Shown here: positions 42,991 through 51,485 of the stretch, piece after piece
Numbering within the stretch: the first letter of the stretch is position 1
How the letters are laid out: every line of letters starts with the position of its first letter
Source: Candidatus Bathyarchaeota archaeon
Lineage (GTDB): Archaea; Thermoproteota; Bathyarchaeia; Bathyarchaeales; Bathycorpusculaceae
NCBI GenBank assembly: GCA_963811105.1
Contig: CAWEPZ010000013.1
Coordinates: 168,686-232,685, forward strand
Reading direction: 5' to 3'
DNA: 64,000 bases
Notes under the pieces: model-generated
What the model was told of the DNA's origin: nothing
What the model saw: the letters and a program-made list of their open reading frames with translations, nothing else
Databases searched by the model: none
Translations under genes and position numbers: made by a program

Positions 42991-43320
42991 TCAAAAATTG
43001 CAGTCAAAACACGGCAATCACATAAATATTATCCCTTTTCTATTGATCTTTTGTTTATGAATGTATATGGTTAAACCTGTACACTATAACGTGGAATCCT
43101 TTCAACAGGGGTAGTACTTACGCGAGCTCTTAACTATGGCATCAAGTCTGTCAATGTTAAGAAAATTCCGGAAGTAACGTGGAACATTTCAGAAGACCTG
43201 ACCAAATATACGAGAATTTGCTGAGCACGACAAGTTAATAAATATCACCCAAAAAAGCTATCTCTAAAAAAAGAAAAACAAAAATTGGGCGTCAAAAGTG
43301 AGCCCAAGACTTGGAAGTTT

Positions 43321-44587
43321 TTACCCCCAAATGGTTAATTGCGCATTATCTCGTATTAGGTCGAAATATGAACCTCCGGCGATAACTCGGTTTCCAGATC
43401 CTGTGTTTGCGATTGAAACAGAATTGACTCGGGTGTTTGATGTTTGGAACCAACTTGCAGTCGATATGGTTGTTAAGCTTGCTCCATTCCAGTCTATTAG
43501 TTGAGCATTGTCCTTAGTTAGGTCATTGAACACTCCGCCTGTGATTATATCTAAGCTGCTGCCGCCTGAGTAGTTGGCAATTGAAACAGAGTTAACTTTG
43601 GTGTCTGAATACCAATACCATGAGACAACATTTTGTAAGCCGAGAGTCGTCCCGTTCCATTCTGCCAATTGAGCGTTGTTGCGTGTGCCATCAAAGTAAT
43701 ATCCGCCTGTTACAATGCTTAAGGCTGTTCCACCAGTTACATTTGCCACTGCAATCGAGTTAATTTCGGTGTTGCCTGTCCAGTACCAGGTTACAATATT
43801 GTTGAGTGCTAAGGTAGCTGCGTTCCAGACAACAAGTTGGGAATTGAGTCTGGTTGTGTCGTTAAATGCTCCGCCTGTTATTATGCTCAAGGATGTGCTT
43901 CCAGTAATGTTGGCTACTGCAACGGAATTGATGTAAGTGTCTGAATTCCAGTACCAGGTTTTAACGTTTTGCGGTGCAAGTGTTGCACCATTCCAAACAA
44001 CTAACTGAGCGTTCCAGCGTGTTCCATCAAAGTACGCGCCTCCAGTGACTATGCTTAGACCGGTTGTGCCAGTTATGTTTGCAACGGCAACTGAGCTAAT
44101 CTGTGTGTCGCCTACCCAACGCCAAGTTACCACATTAATAGAGCCTAACGTGTTTCCATTCCAAACGGCTAACTGAGAATTCCAATTTGTGCCATCAAAA
44201 TAGGACCCGCCAGTAATGATTTCATTCAATCCGTCGCCGTTAACGTCCCCGATTGCAACAGAAGAGATTTGAGTGTGATCTGTCCAAAACCAATATATAA
44301 CTTTTTCCAGCGCTAGGTTGGAAGCATTCCAGACTCCTAGTTGAGCATTGTTTCGCAACCCGTCATAGAAACCACCCAACCGTGACAATTTCTGCTTTAC
44401 CATCGCCATTAACATCACCAGTGGCAATTGCCGAAACGTTCGTGCTATCTGTCCAATACCAAGATACTATATTTTGAGAAATAAGTGCCGAAACCGGTGC
44501 TGATAAAATAGTCGCCGAAATAAATGCTACCGCCAACACTAAGGCAAATATTTTCATGAATCGTTTTTTTAACATATTATAAGGCAT
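43321..44587 (-). CDS. Stand-alone secreted 7-blade propeller; split by an indel at ~44380
   Basis: Signal peptide and blade 1 in ORF 44363-44587; blades 2-7 in ORF 43321-44427. Confidence 0.8.
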
Positions 44588-44760
44588 AGTAAAAGCTCCA
44601 GATTAACTTTATGAATAATAAATCACTAATTATAGAGATATTTAATAAATTGTGACTGTAAATAGACAACAACAAATAATTTCGGAAATATTTCTCGCGT
44701 TTTTGCGCAAAACTTAAAAGCATATTCATTAGAACAAATTATTTAAAGAAGGTCTTCTTT

Positions 44761-46020
44761 ATGAGGAAGAATTTTCTAAGATCAGTTGTCTTGCTCGCAA
44801 TTTTGACTTTAGTCTTAACTATGGCTGTGCAGACGGTCAAAGCACTAACCGTTGAAAACGTAAAAACTTGGTACTGGGGAGATAGCACTCAAGTAAGGTC
44901 TGTTGCTGTTGGAGATGTGGATGGTGATGGCAAAAATGAGATCGTTACGGGCGGATCTTATAGTGATGATACTCGTAACATTGCTCAGTTGTGCGTTTGG
45001 GATGGCGCTACGTTAGCTCTTAAAAACGTTAAGACGTGGCTGTGGCAAAATTACACATTCATCTATTCTGTTGTTGTCGGAGACGTGGATGCTGACGGCA
45101 AAACCGAAATAGTAACAGGAGGCTACTACATTGATGCCACTCATGGTGATATTGCTCAGTTGTGCGTTTGGGATGGCGCTACGTTAGCTCTTAAAAACGT
45201 TAAAACCTGGTACTGGACAACCGCCACAGAAATCCATTCTGTTGCTCTCGGAGACATAGATGCTGACGGCAAAACCGAAATAGTAACAGGCGGCTACTAC
45301 TATAATGGCGCTCGAGAGGTTGCTCAGCTATGTGTCTGGGACGGTGCATCGCTGGCTCTTGAAAACGTTAAAGCCTGGTACTCGCCAGGTAACACATTCA
45401 TCTATTCTGTTGTTGTCGGAGACGTGGATGCTGACGGCAAAACCGAAATAGTAACAGGCGGCTACGCCATCTATAACTCTTCTGTTGCTCAGCTATGTGT
45501 CTGGGATGGTGCAACGCTGGCACTGGAAAACGTTAGGACATGGTACTGGGGAAACTACGCTCTACTCAATTCTGTTGTTGTCGGAGACGTGGATGCTGAC
45601 GGCAAAACCGAAATAGTAACAGGCGGCGATTATTCTGATAGTACTCGTGGCCTTTCTGCTCAGTTGTGTGTTTGGAATGGTGCAACACTGGCACTGGAAA
45701 ACGTTCAAGCCTGGCAATGGGAAGGTTTTACACGAATCTATCCTATTGCAATAGGAGATTTGTATGGTGATGGCAAAACTGAAATAGTAACATGCGGCGA
45801 CTACAATAGTACTGGTTTAGTTGGTCAGCTATGTGTCTGGGATGGTGCATCGCTGGGTCTGAAAAACGTTCAAACTTGGAAATGGGGAGTCGGCACCGGC
45901 ATCTGGTCTGTTGTTGTTGGCGATGTCGATGGTGATGGGAAAAATGAGATCGTTACTGGCGGAACGTATAGTGATGGTACTCATGGCATTGCTCAGTTGT
46001 GTGTTTGGAGCGGCTATTGA
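44761..46020 (+). CDS. Stand-alone secreted 7-blade FG-GAP-like propeller, Cys-type
   Basis: Signal peptide plus 7 blades GDVDxDGKxEIVTGG...AQLCVWDG. Confidence 0.9.
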   Translation: MRKNFLRSVVLLAILTLVLTMAVQTVKALTVENVKTWYWGDSTQVRSVAVGDVDGDGKNEIVTGGSYSDDTRNIAQLCVWDGATLALKNVKTWLWQNYTFIYSVVVGDVDADGKTEIVTGGYYIDATHGDIAQLCVWDGATLALKNVKTWYWTTATEIHSVALGDIDADGKTEIVTGGYYYNGAREVAQLCVWDGASLALENVKAWYSPGNTFIYSVVVGDVDADGKTEIVTGGYAIYNSSVAQLCVWDGATLALENVRTWYWGNYALLNSVVVGDVDADGKTEIVTGGDYSDSTRGLSAQLCVWNGATLALENVQAWQWEGFTRIYPIAIGDLYGDGKTEIVTCGDYNSTGLVGQLCVWDGASLGLKNVQTWKWGVGTGIWSVVVGDVDGDGKNEIVTGGTYSDGTHGIAQLCVWSGY

Positions 46021-46195
46021 TTAGAAATGGACGTTTGAATAGGGTTAATGAGAAAATCTTATTCTGCTCTTACCCCTCATGGTTTGAAACGAAGCAGGTA
46101 TTCCCTAGCGCCGCTCTAAGTAGCAATGGCCTCGTTTTCGCAACCCACGCCAAGATTCATACTTAAAGCTAAGTATCGAAGTGTCAACAGAGCTG

Positions 46196-46268
46196 TTTCC
46201 ACTGCTTTGCGGTCGTCAAGCCATCAAAGCCAGAGCAGCACACCAAGACCAAACACACAACTGAGCAA
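46196..46268 (-). pseudogene. Last ~9 codons and 3' flank of another Cys-type propeller gene
   Basis: AQLCVWSW; flank GATGGCTTGACGACCGCAAAGCAGTGGAAAC is homologous to GATGCTTGGCGACTGCAAACAGCGGAAAC downstream of 30978. Confidence 0.6.
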
Positions 46269-46401
46269 AAGACTGATAGAAAAGACCATTGTAGGTAGAA
46301 TTATCAATAATGTTGATAAAGAAAATATTCCTATAATCAGATATTCCGAAAAAAGTAGAGATAGATAATTATTTTTTTTTTATTTTGTTTGATTTTTGAC
46401 C

Positions 46402-48576
46402 TCAGGTCATGCCCCAAACGGTTAGTTGACTGTTTAGACGGGTTCCGTCATTGAATGCTCCGCCTGTGATTATCTCACTTGGAAAGTCACCATTTATGTT
46501 GTCTACCGTCACTGAGTTGATTATTGTGTTGCTTGTCCAGTACCACGATTGAATATTCTTAACTGCTAGATTTAAACCTGACCACACTATCAACTGAGCA
46601 ACATCCCGAGAACCATCATTAAACCTTCCCCCAGTCACAATCTCAGCTTGCCCATAACCATCAACATCACCAATTGCCACAGAATTAATAACAGTATTAC
46701 CCGTCCAATACCACGATTGGATATTCTTAACTGCTAGGTTTAAGCCTGACCACACTATCAACTGAGCAACATCCCGAGAACCATCATTAAAGAATCCACC
46801 CGTAACAACCTCAATCTGATCATTATCGTCAACATCACCAATTGCCACAGAATTAATAACAGTATTACCCGTCCAATACCACGATTGGATATTCTTAACT
46901 GCTAGGTTTAAGCCTGACCACACTATCAACTGAGCAACATCCCGAGAACCATCATTAAACCTTCCCCCAGTCACAATCTCAGCTTGCCCATAACCATCAA
47001 CATCACCAATTGCCACAGAATTAATAACAGTATTACCCGTCCAATACCACGATTGGATCCCCTCCACCGCAAGATTCGAACCAGCCCACACAATAAGCTG
47101 AGCAACATCCCGAGAGCCATCATTAAAGAATCCACCCGTAACAACCTCGAGCCGTCCATCACCGTCAACATCACCCACAGCTACTGAATTAATCACTGTA
47201 TTGCCTGTCCAGTACCAACACGTAAGCCGCTCAACCGACAAGTTGGAACCAGACCAGACGATCAACTGTGCAACATTTCTGGTGCCGTCAAAGAAAGACC
47301 CTCCAGTAACAACCTCCACTTGCCCGTCACCGTCAACGTCGCCAACCGCCACGGAATTTATTGTGGTGTTACCTGTCCAGTACCAACACTGAATTCTCTC
47401 AGCAGCTAAGCTTGAGCTGTTCCAAACTATCAGCTGAGCAACGTTTCGCGTTCCATCGTTGAAGCATCCGCCCGTAACAATCTCTGTTTGGCCATCACCG
47501 TCAACATCGCCCGCAGCCGTCGAATTTACGTAGGTGTTAGATACCCAGTTCCAAGACGAAACACCGTTAAGTTGCAGTTGTTTGGGACCATGGTTGCAGT
47601 CAACTACGTAGGTAAAGTTGGCGACACCGTATATTCTCAACAAGTAGCTATCAGTCTTACTGGCAATAAACTCGTGAATATGAGTCCCACCGCCATTTAT
47701 TACTTGATTTGGAACCACTGTCAAATTAGAAAAATACACAACCGAACCCCAATAGCTGTCTGGACTAATATGAATAGTGAGCAAAACCAAATCGCCTTGA
47801 CTAACCCCTGAAACCCAGTAATAATCAACATCATTAGCCTCGTGAAAACCCGTCTGCGTATACATTGGCTGCTCCGAAATTGGATAGTTGCAGTCAACTA
47901 CGTAGGTAAAGTTGGCGACACCGTATATTCTCAACAAGTAGCTATCAGTCTTACTGGCAATAAACTCGTGAATATGAGTCCCACCGCCATTTATTACTTG
48001 ATTTGGAACCACTGTCAAATTAGAAAAATACACAACCGAACCCCAATAGCTGTCTGGACTAATATGAATAGTGAGCAAAACCAAATCGCCTTGACTAACC
48101 CCTGAAACCCAGTAATAATCAACATCATTAGCCTCGTGAAAACCCGTCTGCGTATACATTGGCTGCTCCGAAATTGGATAGTTGCAGTCAACTACGTAGG
48201 TAAAGTTGGCGACACCGTATATTCTCAACAAGTAGCTATCAGTCTTACTGGCAATAAACTCGTGAATATGAGTCCCACCGCCATTTATTACTTGATTTGG
48301 AACCACTGTCAAATTAGAAAAATACACAACCGAACCCCAATAGCTGTCTGGACTAATATGAATAGTGAGCAAAACCAAATCGCCTTGACTAACCCCTGAA
48401 ACCCAGTAATAATCAACATCATTAGCCTCGTGAAAACCCGTCTGCGTATATGTGGCGTTAGGTTCATTATATGAAGCCGCAGCGGAACCTCTTTGAACTG
48501 AAGAGGAGAAACCTGCTGAGCCTATGAATATTGAGGATAGTAAAATTATGAGTAAGAAGAATACAGATTTTTTCAT
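46402..48576 (-). CDS. Secreted protein: three identical PPC-like domains plus C-terminal 7-blade propeller
   Basis: Signal peptide; 98-aa unit NDVDYYW...G....L.I...SYLLRIY x3; 7 blades ending QLTVWGMT. Confidence 0.85.
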   Translation of the reverse strand: MKKSVFFLLIILLSSIFIGSAGFSSSVQRGSAAASYNEPNATYTQTGFHEANDVDYYWVSGVSQGDLVLLTIHISPDSYWGSVVYFSNLTVVPNQVINGGGTHIHEFIASKTDSYLLRIYGVANFTYVVDCNYPISEQPMYTQTGFHEANDVDYYWVSGVSQGDLVLLTIHISPDSYWGSVVYFSNLTVVPNQVINGGGTHIHEFIASKTDSYLLRIYGVANFTYVVDCNYPISEQPMYTQTGFHEANDVDYYWVSGVSQGDLVLLTIHISPDSYWGSVVYFSNLTVVPNQVINGGGTHIHEFIASKTDSYLLRIYGVANFTYVVDCNHGPKQLQLNGVSSWNWVSNTYVNSTAAGDVDGDGQTEIVTGGCFNDGTRNVAQLIVWNSSSLAAERIQCWYWTGNTTINSVAVGDVDGDGQVEVVTGGSFFDGTRNVAQLIVWSGSNLSVERLTCWYWTGNTVINSVAVGDVDGDGRLEVVTGGFFNDGSRDVAQLIVWAGSNLAVEGIQSWYWTGNTVINSVAIGDVDGYGQAEIVTGGRFNDGSRDVAQLIVWSGLNLAVKNIQSWYWTGNTVINSVAIGDVDDNDQIEVVTGGFFNDGSRDVAQLIVWSGLNLAVKNIQSWYWTGNTVINSVAIGDVDGYGQAEIVTGGRFNDGSRDVAQLIVWSGLNLAVKNIQSWYWTSNTIINSVTVDNINGDFPSEIITGGAFNDGTRLNSQLTVWGMT
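47593..48450. repeat. Perfect tandem repeat, 294 bp x ~2.9
   Basis: Identical units start at 47593, 47887 and 48181. Confidence 0.95.
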
Positions 48577-49073
48577 TTATTCCTTCTCCTGCATGTGATA
48601 ACAGTGAGTCCCAATGCCCTTGCCAGCCTTTAAGCTTGTGCAAGCAGCTTCTTTCCCACTTTACCTGTCCCATATCTTGTTTCTTGGCTTAAAGTTTGCG
48701 GTCGTGCCAAAGCGAAGGACCAAACTGAAAATCTGCAAATAGGGAAACGTTTTTCATATATTTTCTACATAATGTAATTTTAGGAAATAAGGTTAAGTTA
48801 ATCCCGCTATTTTAGACCTAGAACAAGAAAAGGGAAGCATTAGAAGACGCAATTATGTCGCAACTTAACGCCACTATTAACAACAATCTTTTAGTTTTAA
48901 AAAGCCAATGTAGATTTGTTGTCTTGTTTTGTGGTGTCTTAGGCAGATTACTCTCTAACCGGCTGCTTTCAGCGTTGTCTTGAAATCCAAAATTGTGGGG
49001 TCAGAGGATATTGCAGTTGAGGAAATGAAGAAAAGTTGCAATTTGAGGGGGTAGGAAAAGCTGGAAACGACTT

Positions 49074-49364
49074 CTAGACGCTTAGAATTGCTAAAGCTTG
49101 AAGGTTTTCCCAAACGCACAACTGAGCACTAGACCTTCGTCTGCAGGACTCAATTGGCAAAATTAACTTAGCAAGGGTAGTTGTTGATGGCGTGTTTTTT
49201 TCACCCTCATCAACAACTACTAAGCCTAAGCGAGATGCTTTCATCCGTACAGAAGTCAGAGTTTTGCCCAGAACCTTTGCAATAGAACGCATAGACTTCA
49301 TTTCCGTTAATAATTGTCGAAGTTGCCGTTAATCTTCAACTGCCCAAGGTTTGCCCTTCGCCAT
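49074..49364 (-). pseudogene. Small Myb/HTH-like gene remnant fused to AQLCVW
   Basis: MAKGKPWAVED*RQLRQLL...SIAKVLGKT...RLGL; paralogous to 51082 and 63676. Confidence 0.7.
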
Positions 49365-49807
49365 TAAGCTCATCCGGTCTATCACCTGACCTCTCTCACG
49401 TTGCAATATTCGCTAAGCCCACATCATTTTAGTTTCCATTCATCGCAGGGTTCGCATTTTTTGGCCTTGTTTATCTTGCGGGCGAATTGGATCTCAGAGA
49501 AAGAAAAGAACCGGTCAAAATAATCCCAAAAACAATGATTCAAAACAAAAACATCTTTAAAAAACCAATTTTCGTTGCAGGATTAGTTTTCTTGGGAGTT
49601 TGGCTCGTTCTGTATAGGATGGAAATTTGGGCGAACCTTGAATCACTATTTGCTAACTGGGTAACAATAATTCTCGGACCCGTAGCATTGCTATAATGAT
49701 CATTCTCCTGATAGTAGTGGAAATGACAACGAAAAAGAGAAACAGCGCTCCAGTTATTGTGTGAATTAAGAAAAAAGAGGTTGAGGGTGAAATCTCCAGT
49801 AGGGCAG

Positions 49808-49831
49808 GGGTTCAAATCCCGCCCGGTCCAC
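49808..49831 (+). repeat. tRNA 3'-end fragment (att-like direct repeat)
   Basis: GGGTTCAAATCCCGCCCGGTCCAC = T-arm plus acceptor 3' strand; matches 50615-50639. Confidence 0.75.
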
Positions 49832-49849
49832 AGTTTAGCTCGGTTTTGC

Positions 49850-50281
49850 CTATTCTAGCTCTTCCAAAAAAAGTAAGGTGATGCCAAATGATTTTTTCCC
49901 CATTTCATCTGCCAACTCTTGCTCTTTACGAGCAAAAAGGGCGTCACCGGCAATTTTATTGGCCAGCGCCAAAATGAAGCAATCGGGAAGCGAAATAGCT
50001 CGTTGGCACTTGATTTTGGCCGCTTCGTTGATTAATTGTGAGGTGCCTTCAACCGTAAAATATCCTGAAGCAAGGAGTTTGTTTACTCTTTCTTTTGAGT
50101 GCTGCCATCCAAATTTTCTGCATAGGACATATCGCAGCTCTGTTATGGCTAACTCCGTGGTGTAGGCTTCAACCATGTCGGTTTCGAGAGCTTTTTTGAG
50201 CTTTTGTCCCAAGCTATCAGAGAATATTAGCTCAATTAGTGAGCTGGTGTCTATGGCTAATTTTCCTTTCAAGTCTTTCAT
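49850..50281 (-). CDS. vapC: PIN-domain toxin
   Basis: AIDTS, TELRY, SLPDC acidic PIN residues; overlaps the upstream antitoxin. Confidence 0.85.
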   Translation of the reverse strand: MKDLKGKLAIDTSSLIELIFSDSLGQKLKKALETDMVEAYTTELAITELRYVLCRKFGWQHSKERVNKLLASGYFTVEGTSQLINEAAKIKCQRAISLPDCFILALANKIAGDALFARKEQELADEMGKKSFGITLLFLEELE

Positions 50282-50501
50282 TATCGATCTTCCGTTCTGT
50301 CTCTAGTTCTTCAAGCGCTTCTTTAACTCCTATAGTTGGGCTGCATGCTTCTTCCAGCAACCGAGGGTTTTTATTCCGCTGATCCACCAAGAAACGAAGG
50401 GCGTCATTTAGGTCAACTCGTCGCCCCGTCTTGATTTGAAGTTCGGATGCGACCTTCAAGAGTTTTTCTTTAACGTCCTCAGTTACAGATATTGTAGTCA
50501 T
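50232..50501 (-). CDS. vapB: VapB-type antitoxin (RHH-like)
   Basis: MTTISV.EDVK.KL......LQ...GRRVD.NDA.RFL; directly upstream of the PIN gene. Confidence 0.75.
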   Translation of the reverse strand: MTTISVTEDVKEKLLKVASELQIKTGRRVDLNDALRFLVDQRNKNPRLLEEACSPTIGVKEALEELETERKIDNERLERKISHRHQLTN

Positions 50502-50513
50502 ATAGATCACATT

Positions 50514-50540
50514 AGCTATAGCAGCTATAGTAGATATACC
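50514..50540. promoter_or_regulatory. Putative antitoxin operator (three 9-bp units)
   Basis: AGCTATAGC AGCTATAGT AGATATACC immediately upstream of the vapB start. Confidence 0.45.
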
Positions 50541-50587
50541 CATCTAGTTGTATCTGCGAGAATTTACGCATTTGCAGTTAGACATGA

Positions 50588-50639
50588 TCGCCGCGTTCGC
50601 AACGTGGAAGCCGCGGGTTCAAATCCCGCCTGGTTCCAC
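50588..50639 (+). pseudogene. 3' two-thirds of tRNA-Ala(CGC), att remnant
   Basis: Anticodon arm CCGCG-TTCGCAA-CGTGG and T-arm GCGGG-TTCAAAT-CCCGC; the 5' acceptor strand is absent. Confidence 0.75.
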
Positions 50640-50897
50640 TTTCACATCGTTCAGTCATAAACTCCAGGTCTTAACGATGTTGAAAAAATCAAAGTTGGCA
50701 AAAGATAAACTATTGACACGTTGATTAGTGAAGAGACTCTTTTGTTTGGGAAGTATCTGAGAAATTAAAAGAAAGAGTGGATTCCATGAACCCCAACAGA
50801 CTAACTTTTGCTAGTCAAGACGGAATGTAAAAGCTTTTCTAAATAGAATTCCGATAAGCCATAGTAATATCGCAAGTAGGAAAAGTTAAGCGATATA

Positions 50898-51100
50898 GTG
50901 GTTGGTTTGGATGTTCACTGGAAAAATAATCAGGTGACCGTTATGAGGTTGAACGGTGAGATTGTTAAGAAAGAAAGAGTTAGTACTTGTAAAGCTTCGC
51001 GTCGCAGATGTTTAGAAGATGTTCCGGTGGGAAGTAGGGTTGCGTTGGAATCTATGTTTTTGTTGGCCTTGGATAGATTTTTTAGATGAGCTTGGGTTTA
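50898..51100 (+). mobile_element. IS110-family transposase N-terminal remnant
   Basis: VGLDVH.K...V......GE.....VALES, then frameshifted FCWPWIDFLDELG; truncated. Confidence 0.65.
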
Positions 51101-51306
51101 TGCTTTAACTTAGTAAAGGTAGATGATGATGGCGTGTTTTTTTCACTCCCATCAACAACTACTAAGCCTAATCGAGATATTTTCATTTGTACATAGGTAA
51201 GGCTTTTTCCTAGAATCTCTGCAATAGAACGCATAGACTTTTTTTCTGCCAACAGTTGTCGAAGTTGCCGTTCATCCTCAACTGTCCAAGGCATGCCCTT
51301 CGCCAT
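51082..51306 (-). pseudogene. Small Myb/HTH-like protein, probably C-terminally truncated
   Basis: MAKGMPWTVEDERQLRQLL...SIAEILGKS...KISRLGL; homology to the paralogs stops at the IS110 remnant. Confidence 0.65.
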
Positions 51307-51485
51307 TAACCTCTTCCGGTTTGCTGCAGACTTCTTGAACAGTTGGATTTCCGCTGATGATCCTGCTCCACCTGCTAAGTTTCAATGTTTTTTCCCCACA
51401 AATAGCCCGATAATAATTCCAGTTATGCCTGTTTTGCCGCTTATGTCTATTCCTGGGATTGGTTTTTTGTCTGCAGATTTTGTTC

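Noticed and set aside
670-44390. About ten single-indel gene splits (~675, 7152, 19914, 24488, 25272, 28755, 40283, 41415, 44380) as programmed frameshifting or phase variation
   Set aside because: They are spread over unrelated genes, several are in short homopolymers, and there is no common slippery motif. Long-read consensus error is the simplest explanation; read data are needed.
44761-46020. Diversity-generating retroelement behind the variable loops
   Set aside because: No reverse transcriptase or TR/VR pair in the window; differences include indels and non-adenine changes.
50570-50640. Intact tRNA-Ala gene
   Set aside because: No 5' acceptor strand or proper D-arm; only the anticodon and T arms pair.
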